Of a stretch of DNA of 64,000 bases, positions 14,130 through 26,900 are shown in pieces. How positions within the stretch are numbered: the stretch's first letter is position 1; each line of letters begins with the position of its first letter. The stretch covers positions 7,486,889 through 7,550,888 of the forward strand of contig OZ037772.1 of NCBI GenBank assembly GCA_964035545.1, in the 5' to 3' direction. This stretch comes from Bugula neritina (lineage: Eukaryota; Animalia; Bryozoa). The notes under the pieces were generated by a model. That model was not told where the DNA came from and searched no databases. It saw nothing but the letters and a program-made list of their open reading frames with translations. The position numbers and the translations under genes are program-made.

Positions 14130-14290
14130 TTACTGACAGGAATATTGGTAGGCAACTGACAGTAACAGTAAGCAACTGATATTGATAAATGGCAACTGAC
14201 AGTAATAGTAAGCAACTGATATTGATAGATGGCAACTGACAGTAACAGTAAGCAATTGATATTTAAAGTTGGCTATACTGACAGTAATAG
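14130..14290. repeat. Short ~40-bp tandem repeat
   Basis: ggcaactgacagtaacagtaagcaactgatattgata occurs about 3-4 times. Confidence 0.75.
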
Positions 14291-14366
14291 TCCAGTGTTT
14301 TAGAATGGCCCTCTGAATACAGTTGCTGAAAAGGGAGAGTTCAATTATCTTCCTACTGTTGAACAG

Positions 14367-14923
14367 TGTGGTAAATATTAGGAATTATCCCCCTTGACAT
14401 ATTACTTATGGCTGTTTTTCTAAATACTGTAGTTATAGCTAAGTCTGTAGCATAACTTCCTAATACCTTAAAATACTATGGCTATTGTTAAGCCTTTAGC
14501 ATAGTAAACAGTTAATCCCCTTTTCCCAATTATAAGTTACAATACGCATACACTTGGTTGGGTTCATTTTTTCTGATTCATGTAAACCGACAGTTGGACC
14601 GATTTCGGCAGGTGGATGCCGACAAACCGAATGTCGGTTGCCGACATGATCAGTGTCAGTTACCGACATGACGAATGTCGCCATTCCCTGCCGAACATCG
14701 GCCCGCTGTCGGTAGAAGGTTCTAGAAGTCCTTTGTTCCACTGGTATAAAAGGACACGCATTTTAGAGCTTCAGTCACTTGCGGACTGGAGCTCACACTG
14801 GATACTTCTCTCTACTACAATAAAGTACTGCAAGCACACGGCAACCTCTCCCTCTTGTCTCTTCTATAACAAGGAGTTATGTTCTCTGCCTGATTTCATT
14901 CTATAACCCACAAAACTACTACA
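14367..14923 (+). mobile_element. Solo LTR (Gypsy-type) with 4-bp TSD ACAG
   Basis: ACAG|TGTGGTAAAT...TATAAAA...AATAAA...AACCCACAAAACTACTACA|ACAG. The 3' end closely matches the LTR end at 22108. Confidence 0.85.
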
Positions 14924-15571
14924 ACAGTCTACTATGTGCAATAAGTTAAAGTTATATAATCACTCTATAGCCTATTACATACACATTATGTCTCCTTCTG
15001 ACAACTTGTTTATTTATTACTATCACTTAGATATCTATTCTAGCTACAAATTAAAACCTGATAAACATTATATCACTTCACTCTGAATGAACTTAGGGCA
15101 TTTGATACAGTCAAATTTACATAATGTTACTTTTTAGCCATGAGGAAGTATGCAGGCAACTAAGTTATAATGCACCTGCAAGTGTTGTGTGTTTACCTGC
15201 TGTAGAATTAACGTGAGCCTCACCTTGTTTATGCCAGTCTCCTTATCAGTAGGTGAGCAAATAGAAGAGAACTGGTTCCTTATCAGTTGGTTGTTAAAAT
15301 TTCTAATGTTTGGTCAAACACTTATGATTCAGTTGCTTTAGAAGGCAAGTCTCAGCTTCACTGCACGTAGGACGTTACACGTACACACCGTTTGTTTCTT
15401 TTAAACCTCATAAGAGAGCAGACATGCAATTAGTAACAGAAAAACATCTGAACTGATTGGTAATTATTTATATGTTACATATTATTTTATAGTAGTTTAT
15501 ACTATGGTATATTCTACTATATAGTAGTTAAAAGTATCTAATACTACTATATATTATATTATAGTAGTTAT

Positions 15572-15765
<194 letters not shown>

Positions 15766-17129
15766 TTATAGATATTTATTACTTGGTAACATGTATTTTA
15801 AATAACTATACCTAAACGAATTAATTCACTACTCGGTTATAGTGTTAGGATGAGGATATTAAATGTAAAGAAATAGCTGTTTTACAATACTTCTATCTAG
15901 TATCTATCTAGCCAGAGAATACACCATGTAAAACTCAGCCAATCGGGGGTGTGTACCAACTCTAAAATCTCACCAGAATAACTTTTTTAAACTCCTACAA
16001 GTTAAAGCACCGAAATGCATGCTTTCAAAAACTAACTGTGAAAGTATTATTGCCTTTCGTTATTTCATTTTTTTTCATTTTATTTTATTTCATGTCTCAA
16101 GCTTTCGTGTCTTGAGTTCATTTTTCATAGTGTTTAAATCAAGTGTTGATAATGCAATCAAAAATTACATGTCTACAAAAGTGCCCTGGTACAGTTTTAC
16201 CACAGCTTCAGCGTGCTAGTATTTTAGAGCAGTAGAAAGAGCATAGCGCAGCTATTGAGCTGTAATGACAGTGGCACACTGTATTCAGTAGTAGTATGTT
16301 AGTCATATACATTACATGATAGCATTAGCCTTGTGGTCCTTTGTATGTAGAGCTACCACACTTACGACACAGTCACCCTTCTTCTTTCTACCAAGCATAA
16401 TAGTTGCAGTGATAAAAGCTTTTTCATGATTTAGTTTTAAATCAGCAGGTACTGCTGAGTACATTTTCCTAGTCTGAATATTTTATGTGCTTGCTTTAAT
16501 AAGATAACTTAAAAAATTGTTTTACACACAACTGCAAATGCATTAACCTATATTGCTTAGCATAAAGTAGTTGATTTATGTACCAACCATTATTTTATCC
16601 TAATTTTTTACTATAGCAGTGTTTTAAAACTTTGGTATATTTGTTTGTAGTGCACGGTGTGTGAATCCATATCTTTAGTTGGTATCATCAAAATAGTACC
16701 ATGTGTAGTGGAAATATATTTATTACATTAGAGTAATCTTTTTATGTATTGTATTTTATTTTTATTTTGAAATTTAATGTAATGTGATTATGTTTTTCGA
16801 TCCTGTCCGATTGTCGGTACAAGTGCTGATTGTCGGGCTCTGACATCGGACCACGGTACTGATGCCGGAGTCCGATTGTCGGAAGTTGCTGATTGTCGGG
16901 CTCCGACAATCAGACAGGATGAGAACAAAAAACTTTTCTTGTATAAAATGAGGTAAGCTCGCAGTGTAGAGTCAGTCTACTACTAGAGCTCGCTGGATCA
17001 AGACTACTTTTACCAGGTATAAATAATACAATAAAGGTTCATCTACTCAAGCTTGTTACCACTTCTTGTTCTTTATACTGGAGCTATGTTTCCCACTTAG
17101 ACTGCATTCTACCCACAAAACTACTAAAT

Positions 17130-17144
17130 TGGTGGCAGCGGTGG
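17130..17144 (+). promoter_or_regulatory. Primer-binding site complementary to the tRNA-Leu 3' end
   Basis: TGGTGGCAGCGGTGG just after the 5' LTR is the complement of ...CCACCGCTGCCA-CCA. Confidence 0.8.
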
Positions 17145-17189
17145 AATCCAGAATAGTTAAGTGGCCTACTGAAAGGATAGAAGATCAAG

Positions 17190-20100
17190 ATGGCCAAAGG
17201 GGAGAGAGAGGACCAGTCGCTGAAGTGCCAACAAGACCAGCCCTTACATTGGAGGCTCTGGTGGCGGCCCTCCGAGAGGTCCAAGGGGCTGGACAGGCGC
17301 TACCTGTTGAAAGTGCCGCCTCAAGCCCCCGACCTTCTGATCAGACAGCGATATGGAGCAATTTATCTGGAAGTTTAAGTATGTGGCCACCATTGCTGAA
17401 TGGCCAGCACTAGTGCGCGTCCTGTAACTTTGAGCCCGATGAAGCCCACATAATACGAGCTCTCCGAAACTCGTTTTGGTTTGACAACCCAAGAAGCCAG
17501 GGACAAGCTGCAAGGGCTAAGAAAAAATTGGAGGATGTTCTTACAAGACCATGGCAACTGGATTAAGAGGCTGGCCTAAACTGCTTTCAGTCAGGCCAAC
17601 GAAGACAAGAAGAGACGCCTGATATATAATGCGTCTTTTAGAACTATTAAAAACTCAGGACTACAACGCTACTGATTGGCGGCCTAGTTAAGTACTATTA
17701 AGGAGGCCCTGAAGAAGAGCAAGGCCCATTATCAGGTTGATGGACCCCATGGGCCTGACTTTGCCGCCCACCAGGTAGCCAAAGAAAAAAAGGAGACCAT
17801 CCCACTCCCTACTCTGATCATAGCGGCAGCTACCACAAAGTCGCCAGAGCATACACAGCTCACCATGTTGATGGACATGGTGAAGGACCTGCAGGCTACG
17901 GTGACAGAGCTGCAACGCAACCAAGCCAACAGGCGGGCTCCACAATTGCGGGATGATCCTGTCCGCCCTCCACACCTAACCTGCTAAACATGTGGTGCGT
18001 ACGGACATGTGAAAAGGCAATGCCCTAGGGGAAGATGAGTGCCTTTAAACAGCTGAGGCTCACGGTAACTTCCACCCTGAGCGCCTGAGCCCCAAGCCAG
18101 TCCCATTTGGGGAAGGCTTAGAGGACACGCAGGAGGACCTCTAAAGAGCCTGCTGATGCTGAGTGGCAGGCACATCAAAGACCTCTGACACCGCAAGGTC
18201 TGCCCGATCATCCGGCCTGGCCGCTCTGTAACCGATTCGCAGGGTTGCCCGAAGAGGTTGTGAAAGAAGATTCAGCTTACTCGCAAGAGTATCTCAAGCT
18301 ATTTTCTCAACTTCAGAAAACCCCTGGTGTCTGCAAAACAAAGAGGAGGCCTGTTGTGCAGACCCAAGTAGTGTCTCCCCCAGAGACTAACTGCTCCAGG
18401 AGCACCCAGCCGTACGGAAGCAGCTATTTCCTGCACAGAAAAATTTTGATTAGAGCTGCCACATTCTGACTGAACACTGGGTGCACCACCAACCCGCTGA
18501 GTCAGCGTCTTTTCGACACTCTTGGTTACCGTTAGCGTGCGAGCCTCGCGCCGTTTGAAGGTGCACATAGTACGTTGGTGGACAAATCATGTATTTTTTT
18601 GCTACGGCATCGTCACACTACTTGGATGTGTCCGTGATCAGGTGATTCACAAAATGCTCATAGTCAACCAGCTAAAGGAGGTCGTCATCTTAGGGGTGTA
18701 ATTTCTGAAGAAACACCAGTGTCACATGAATTACCAGAAGTCGACGGTGGTGATGGCTGGGAACGAACTTGTCTGTGTTGACAAGTTTGGCAGGCCCTTG
18801 GTGGACAAAGTCCAGGCAGTGCGGGACTGCACGGTTCCTGGGAGATTCCATACAACTCTCCGCTGCAGGGTCAACTGCAAGGAGATTGCAGGTCTAAAGT
18901 GGTGGAAGGAGCGCACAAAGTAATTCGACTGGCAAACAGCCTAAATCGGCTAGACTGTCAGAGAGAGCTTCTCGTGCAGGGTATCAACCCCTTCACCGAA
19001 CCAGTCTGATTATTAGCTGGGGCGCTGGTGGAGAAGTACCACTCCATCTAGGAAGCGGATGTGGGGCAGGCGCTAGAAACAGTAGCCAACATCCAGTGAA
19101 ACTCTCCTTGTACCAGTCGAGAAGCAGTCCCGGAGCACTTGGCTGACCTCTATGGTAGAACTTTTGACAACTGTACAAATAGTACTGAACGCCAAGTACT
19201 GGCTCAACTACTCATAGAGTACAGTGATGTCTTCAGTTGCGGAGATGGAGACATGGAGCTGATTAAGGTTATCTCCCATGAGATACCCTTGGCAGCCAGC
19301 ACAGCCCCTATCAGGTAGCCAACCCGATGTTTAGGCCCGGAGAAGGAGGTGAGCCGACAAGTACAGAATCTTCTCGTCTGGGACCTGATTGAGCCTGCCT
19401 ACGGTGCGTGGAGCTCTCCAGTAGTCCAAGTCGAGAAAAAGGATAGTAGCTGGAGGTTCTGTGTGGACTACCGCCAACTCAACAGTGTTACCATCCAGGA
19501 TGCCCGCCCTTTCCCACAGACAGATTAGTCGCCGGATGCCCTTGCGAGCAGTAAGTACTTTTGTACATTGGATCTGCTTAGCAGGTATTGGCAAGTGCCC
19601 CTTAGTCCTGATGCCCAAGACAGAGCAGAATTCATCACCGGTGATGGGCTCTGAAAATGGAAAGTGCTGTCATTCAGTCTTACATCCGCCCCGGCAACTT
19701 TCCAGCAACTCATGAAACATGTCCTCAATGGATTACACTTGAAGACCCTGGCAATCTAACTGGATGATGTCATTGGTATCTCCCTGACTTTACGATTCAT
19801 GTCAGTCGTCTGCGAGAGGTCTTTGAGCGCCCCCGGGCAGCTGAACTGAAGTTTAAGCTTTCCAAGTGTGCACTCCTGCAGCTGGAAGTCATTGACCTGG
19901 GCCATGAAGTTGCTCGTGATAGAGTTGCTACCAACACGGAGAAGGTGCAAGCTGTGAATGAGTGGACTGTTCCCCAAGACCTTCCTGAGTTGCGGGCATT
20001 GGTGAGCCTGGTAAAGCACTATCGGCAGTACATGCCTGGGTTTGCAAGGGTGGCTCAGCCTTTGAATCAGCTAACTGCCAAGGGAGTCCGGTGGCAATGG

Positions 20101-20300
20101 ATACAGGAGGAGTAGCAGACATTTGAGTTTTTCAAGCAACAGCTAATGGAGGCGTCAATCCTGTCGTATCCTGATCCATCCAGAGAGTGCATCCTGGACA
20201 TCGACGCCAGCAACCATAGCGTGAGAGCTGTTTTGTCCCAATTCCAGGGTGGAAGTGAGGTGGTTGTAGCTTACTACAGCAAGAACCTCGCGACCGCCGG
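17190..20300 (+). pseudogene. Disrupted Gypsy gag-pol
   Basis: CCHC knuckle C*TCGAYGHVKRQC (~17980-18025), protease-like LNTGCTT (~18470), RT motifs WRFCVDYRQLN and I*LDDVI (19754-19774), RNase H start ILDIDASNHSVRAVLSQ...YYSK. Confidence 0.88.
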
Positions 20301-20732
20301 TCAGTCAGTCAGGTATTTGTTTAGGGCTAGATCCTCTAGTATCGGAGTCTAGCCCAACTTTTACTAGTTGGCCTGCACTAGACTCACCCGAAACTGCCCT
20401 GTTTGAGACTATCAATATGGATTTCGGAGAAGATTCACTCCACGATTACCTGTTAGATCAGGACGTGAGGTCAGTTTTTCTCTAGAATTATTGCAATTCC
20501 CAGTCTCTAGCAGGGTACCCAACAAACAGGTACCGAATTTCGGCAACAGTGAGACAGGCCAGTCACGGCCTCTACTGTTGTAGGGACTGATGTGGAGAGG
20601 AAGGATGCTGGGACGAGTTGTATCAACTCCTTTCCTGTCCAGGCCCTTTGTTCGGCTCTTAGCAGTCTGAAGGGTGCCACTCAAATATCTGAGGTGCTAC
20701 CCACCACCGCTAGTATACCTGTCTCCTAGCCC

Positions 20733-21500
20733 ATGGAGCTCCATCTATCCGCGGGGGACCAGCAGGTGATCCTGCACCTTGAGCGTTTTGAAGAATACTC
20801 ATCAGGTGTGTTGGCTCTACCTCAGGCCCTGTTCGCCCGCCAACACTGGACCACCAAAGAAACTAATCTCCAGATACGCGGAGCTTGCAGCGAGATGGGC
20901 AACCGTGCATGTCATCAGTGCCGGAAGAAGTTCTCTTCCACACGTCAGCTGCGTGTACACACCCCGCAGCACTTGGTAAGCGTATTCTGTTCATGTGACA
21001 AATGCTCTTATTAGCGCGACTGTGTGCTGTGCCATCAGCACATAGCTCGCTGCCACATAGGTCATACGTTCGTGGTCGATGAGACCATGTTTCCGAAGTT
21101 CAGGGACTTGATTCTGCCACACCTCAAGGACCCCCATAAATGACAGCTTTTGCTTTTGGTTTCCTGGCGCATTGGCCCTTGAGAGAGGAGGACCTTGAAC
21201 CGGCCGCTGCATCCCAACCACCAGCTACCCAGCCTTTTTGGGTCCTGCTGGCACGGGTCGCCAAAGTCCACTGCTATAGGCCTGGACCCTCGACCCGCAG
21301 CGGCGAATAAGAAGAAGAGGGACCAGCATACTCGTGTAGCCTGAATCTCTCAGTCTACCCAGGACCACCGACCGATCTGCCCACTGGAAGATGAGGTTCG
21401 GCACCTGTGCCACCATATGCGGCGATATGAAGAAGAGATGCGGCCTTCTGAAAGCAGCTTAGCCGTCTAGAGCACCCTGATGGAGGCCGCCGACACTTAT
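20733..21500 (+). pseudogene. Decayed accessory ORF of the Gypsy element encoding a C2H2 zinc finger
   Basis: CHQCRKKFSSTRQLRVHTPQH is a C-x2-C-x12-H-x3-H finger. A second finger-like segment continues through a stop (FCSCDKCSY*RDCVLCHQHIARCH). Confidence 0.65.
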
Positions 21501-22496
21501 CAGAATTATTTTACAGATATGGTGGTGGGTGTGTGTGGTGTGCTTAAATTCTCCCATTTCATTTTCTTGTGTGTGCATATACATTTTTTTTTACATATAT
21601 AGCTGTTTATCATCTTGTTCATGCAAATAGTATTTTGGGGTTTCGCCTTGTTTTTGTTATCGGAATCCGGCTTTCTGATGGGAGGTGTGTTTAGTGAAAA
21701 TATATACATATATATATATTGCATTAGAGTTGTCTTTTCATGCATCGGTTTTTTTCTAACTTCATTGTAAGGCGATTATGCAATTTGATCCTGTCCGATT
21801 GTCGGTACAAGTGCCAATTGTTGGGCTCCAACAATGGACCAAAGTACCGATTGTCGGAAGGTGTCAATTGTCAGGCACCGATAATCAAACAGGATGACAA
21901 CAAAGAATGTTTCTTGTATAAAATGAGGTAAGCTCGCAGTGTAGAGTCAGTCTACTACTAGAGCTCGCCGGATCAGGACTATTTTTACCAGTTATATATA
22001 CTAAAATAAAAATTCATCATAGATTCAAGCTTGTTACCTCACCTTGTTCTTTCTATTCTGGAGTTATGCTCCCCAGTTGAAGTGGATTCTACCTACAAAA
22101 CTACTACACATGTTGATGTTTTGCATAAGCAAAACATTTTCTTATAAAGAAAATTTACTTACTGACTATCCTGCAAATGTAATGGCATCAGCCATAAGAC
22201 AATATTGTTTGCTTTGCCACACTTTGTGAGTGATATTCAAGTTGAATATTTCTGCCTCAATTACTTGCTAGCTGAAACATCTGCACTTACCTCTTAAGCC
22301 ACTGTGACCTTGTCAGCAATGTTACAAATAATTTATAATGAAGCAGGTAGATCACAGGTAAAAGTAGCTGTAAGGTTCCTGCTTTTAAATTCCATGGATA
22401 TCAAAACACGACTTTTTTATTTTGTTTTGTATTACAACTACAGTGCTCCTTCTGTTCATCAATAAGCAGCGGAAGCAAATTTATAGTTAACACTCA

Positions 22497-22840
22497 GCCT
22501 AGGGCCACACGGTGCGTATTTTCGCATGCGAAAATTGAAACCACAAGTAGCAAAGGCGTCCACTGTAGCGTCAGTGATGCGTGAGAAATAAAGCTTTCAT
22601 TTTTAAATCGCACTCGCTTTCAATAAAACGCAATTTACTGGAATTTAGCACTAAAATAAAGAAATTGGGCTCGCTGAATAACTACCAGCCAATTAGGTGA
22701 CGACGACAGAGACGATTCGCACTTGCATTGAAAATGCAGAGCGACAAGTGCGAACGTTTTCTCAACGCGCACAGTGGACACCTTTGCTACTTGTGATTTC
22801 AATTTTCGCATGCGAAAATACGCGCCGTGTGGCCCTAGGC
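22497..22840. mobile_element. MITE family A (PIF/Harbinger-like), copy 1
   Basis: Long TIR GCCTAGGGCCACACGGTGCGTATTTTCGCATGCGAAAATTGAAA with TNA flanks; three copies in the window. Confidence 0.85.
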
Positions 22841-23904
22841 TAAGTCAATCTCAATATATAAGTTACAAAACCTCCAAATGTCTGTTGCTTATTGAATTAA
22901 TTAGGCAGATGTCGGCAAATCTTAGAGAGCACTTTATGTTATTAAACATCTGTTTTCTATTAATAACATTTAGTATTCAAGATCTTGGTGCATGTTACAA
23001 ATTCCTTTCTAGTATATAGACAAGTTCATTAAAAAATAATTCTTGTAATATTGTTATAATTTCCACGAATTATAATGTTTAGTGTGGGTTCAAGCTGCAA
23101 CTGTTTTACTCAACTTATATGCCCAAACACTGAACAGGTAGTAGTAGATGAAGTTTATATTTAACACAATATATACAGACGATATCAAAATACACTTACA
23201 TTATGACACATAAAATATATCTAAAAACTACTCTCTTGTTTCACATGCTACTCAGAACTGATCCAACTCTAATAATATAATTGTCAGAAAGCATTGTGCT
23301 TCGCCGTGGGGGGGTAATCACATGCCTAACAATGATTGGCTTAATTACACGTGATGTTACCACATTTCACTGGCTACTACAATATAAAAAAGACAAAACT
23401 TTTTGCATGACTCCGTTTCTTCATGATTTAATATTGTAGTATTTTCTTTTTCTATATTGAAGAAATTCCTTGCACAATGCACTAAAATTTTGTTGATCAG
23501 GTTAGCCTTCTAATAACACTGAAATATTTAACTAACGAATTCGTTAATGTCAGTCATTTTGTTCCTATACACACAAATATTAGCCACAGAACACAGATCC
23601 AAAGTGTTCCCATGAACTATGAAATTTGGTGAAAAAAATCTGTGAGATATGGTAGAAGCGCTGTACATAAGTCTCAACACCTGGCGTATTTTAGGTGGTG
23701 TATATTTCATAGAGGTCAAACAGAATGAGTGTTATTTAGTTGATCAGGAAATCACTATTTAATTTTAAAAATCTGGAATAAATGTTTTAATAACATGAAA
23801 AAGTTTTCATTTCAGAGGTAAATACTTTTAAGGAATTTGAGAATGATATGTTATGTTACAATAGCTTACCATTTTTCAATTAAAAGGTAGTGATAAAAGC
23901 TCTC

Positions 23905-26900
23905 ATGAAGAAAATCAAAATGGATTACAATGCAAAAACTCTACACAAGGCTGAAAGCAGAGAAGAAGCTAAACTGCTGCTTGAATCAGTGCCACCAGAA
24001 AAAAGGAGAGACTTATTACTATCTGTCGATGACAAGCAATGTACAGCTCTACATGTCCAAACCAGTAATGGTAAAGCAGATGTAGTTGAATATTTATGTC
24101 ATTCATTCAATACCAATAATGAACTCTTGCTAGCAAAAGATTTAAATGGAAAAATAGCTCTACATTATGCAAAAACCAAAAAAATAGCTGAACTACTTGT
24201 AAAAGCAGTCCCTCTGAAAAAACATAGGGATTTTATATTATCTGCTGATACAAATCAGTGTACAGCATTACATGTAGCTGCCGTCAATGGCGAAAGAGAC
24301 GTTGTGGACTATCTCTGTAGTTTACCAATAACAGAGGAACTAGTGTTTGCAAAATGTAACAAAGGCAAGACAGCCCTTCATTATTCTTCTAACCACAAAA
24401 TTGCACAAACACTTGTAGAGTCAATCACACCTGACAAAAAAAGGGATTTTATATTATCAGTTACTAATAATCAGAGCACAGCATTACATTATGCTGCCAT
24501 TGAGGGTAAAACAGATGTAGTAGAATATCTCTGTAGTTTACCGGAGAAAGATGAGCTAGTGTTAGCAAGAAATGACAAAGGCTGGACGGCCCTTCATTAT
24601 TCTCCAAACCACAAAATTGCTCAAACACTTGTAGAGTCAATCACACTCGACAAAAGAAAGGATTTTATATTATCAGTTGCTGATCATCAGCTTACAGCAT
24701 TACATGTAGCTGCTAGCAATGGTAGAACAGATGTAGTAGAGTATCTCTGCGGTTTACCAGAAAAAGATGAGCTAGTGTTAGCAAAAAGCATTGAAGGCTG
24801 GACAGCCCTTCATTATTCTTCAAACCACAAAATTGCTCAAACACTTGTAGAGTCAATCACACTCGACAAAAGAAGGGATTTTATATTAACAGTTTCTGTT
24901 AATCAGCTTACAGCATTACATGTAGCTGCTAGCAGTGGTAGAACAGATGTTGTAGAATATCTCTGCGGTTTACCAGAAAATGATGAGCTGGTGTTAGCAA
25001 GAGATGACAAAGGCAAGACAGCCCTTCATTATTCTTTCAACCACAAAATTGCTCAAACACTTATAGAGTCAGTCACCCCTGAGAAAAAAAAGGATTTTAT
25101 ATTATCAGTTTCTGTTAATCAGCTTACAGCATTACATGTAGCTGCCAACAACCGTAAAATAGACGTTGTGGAATATCTGTGTAGTTTACCAATAACAGAG
25201 GAACTGGTTTTTGCAAGAACTAACGAAGGCTGGACAGCCCTTCATTATTCTTCCAACCACGAAATTGCTCAAACACTTATAGAGTCAATCACACTTGACA
25301 AAAGAAGGGATTTTACATTATCAGTTACTGATGATCAGTTCACAGCATTACATGTAGCTGCTGGCAATGGTAGAACAGATGTAGTAGAATATCTCTGCGG
25401 TTTACCAGAAAATGATGAGCTGGTGTTAGCAAGAGATGACATAGGCTGGACAGCCCTTCATTGTTCTTCAAACCACAAAATTGCTCAAACACTTGTACAG
25501 TCAGTCGCAGCTGACAAAAGAAGGGATTTTATATTATCAGTTACTGATGATCAGCTCACAGCATTACATGTAGCTGCTGGCAATGGTAGAACAGATGTAG
25601 TAGAATATCTTTGTAGTTTACCAGAAAAAGATGAGCTAGTGTTAGCAAAAAACATTGAAGGCTGCACAGCCCTTCATTATTCTTCAAACCACAAAATTGC
25701 TCAAACACTTGTAGAGTCAGCCACAGCTGACAAAAAAAAGGATTTTATATTAACAGTTACTGAGAATCAGTGCACAGCATTACATTATGCTGCTGACAAA
25801 AGCAAAACAGATGTAGTAGAATATCTCTGTAGTTTACCAGAGAAAGATGAGCTGGTGTTAGCAAAGAGTAACAAAGGCAGGACAGCCCTTCATTATTCTT
25901 CAAATCAGAAAATTGCTCAAACACTTGTAGAGTCAATCACACTCGACAAAAGAAAGGATCTTATATTATCAGTTAGTGATTATCAGCTCACAGCATTACA
26001 TGTAGCTGCCATCGATGGTAAAATAGACGTTGTGGAATATCTCTGTAGTTTACCAGAAAAAGATGAGCTAGTGTTAGCAAAAAATAGCAAAGGCTGCACT
26101 GCCCTTCATTGTTCGTCAAATAAGAAGATTGCTCACAAACTTGTAGAGTCAGTCACACTTGATGACAAAAGAAGGGATTTTATATTATCAGTTACTGAGA
26201 ATCAGTTCACAGCATTACATGTAGCTGCTGACAAAGGCAAAACAGATGTAGTAGAATATCTCTGTAGTTTACCAGAGAAAGATGAGCTGGTGTTAGCAAG
26301 AGATGACATAGGCAGGACAGCCCTTCATCTTTCTTCAAACCACAAAACTGCTCAAACACTTATTGAGTCAATCACATTTGACAAAAGAAGGGATTTTATA
26401 TTATCAGTTACTGATGATCAGTGTACAGCATTACATATAGCTGCTAGCAATGGTAGAACAGATGTTGTGGATTATCTCTGTAGTTTACCAGAAAAAGATG
26501 AGCTGATGTTAGCAAGAAATGACAAAGGCAGGACAGCCCTTCATTATTCTTCAAATCAGAAAATAGCCCAATTGCTTGTAGAGTCCTTAAAAACAGAAAA
26601 ACAGAGATACTTTGTATACATGGTAAACAATTATAAATCTACTGCTTTGCATGTAGCTGCTGAGGAGGGTAAAGTTGATGTAGTAGAATATCTCTGTAGT
26701 CTATATCCAAACAACAATGAACTGATACTAAAAAAAGATGCTGATGGTAATACTGCATTGCATGTTTCTAAAAATCGAGAAATCGCTAGAATACTTTTAG
26801 AATCTGTCACAAAAGTTCAGCAAGCTCGCTTTCTTTTGACTAGTAATAGATATCAGCAGACAGCATTACATGAAGCCGCACGCTCACGTAGAAATGACGT

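Larger units (their letters stand above)
16704..22108 (+). mobile_element. Decayed Ty3/Gypsy LTR retrotransposon (5' LTR 16704-17128, 3' LTR ~21690-22108, TSD CATG)
   Basis: CATG|TGTAGTGG...CTACTACA|CATG with two homologous but diverged LTRs. Internal gag, protease, RT and RNase H remnants carry many stops and frameshifts. Confidence 0.93.

Noticed and set aside
23890-23904. GTG start given by the ORF track for paralogue 1
   Set aside because: This is a eukaryotic gene; in-frame ATGs lie at 23905 and 23920, and the latter aligns better with the MAERTLH start of the paralogues.
24262-26640. Ankyrin ORFs as an endosymbiont (Wolbachia-like) insertion or bacterial contamination
   Set aside because: The ORFs are spliced to intron-separated exons and are embedded among animal transposons and microsatellites.
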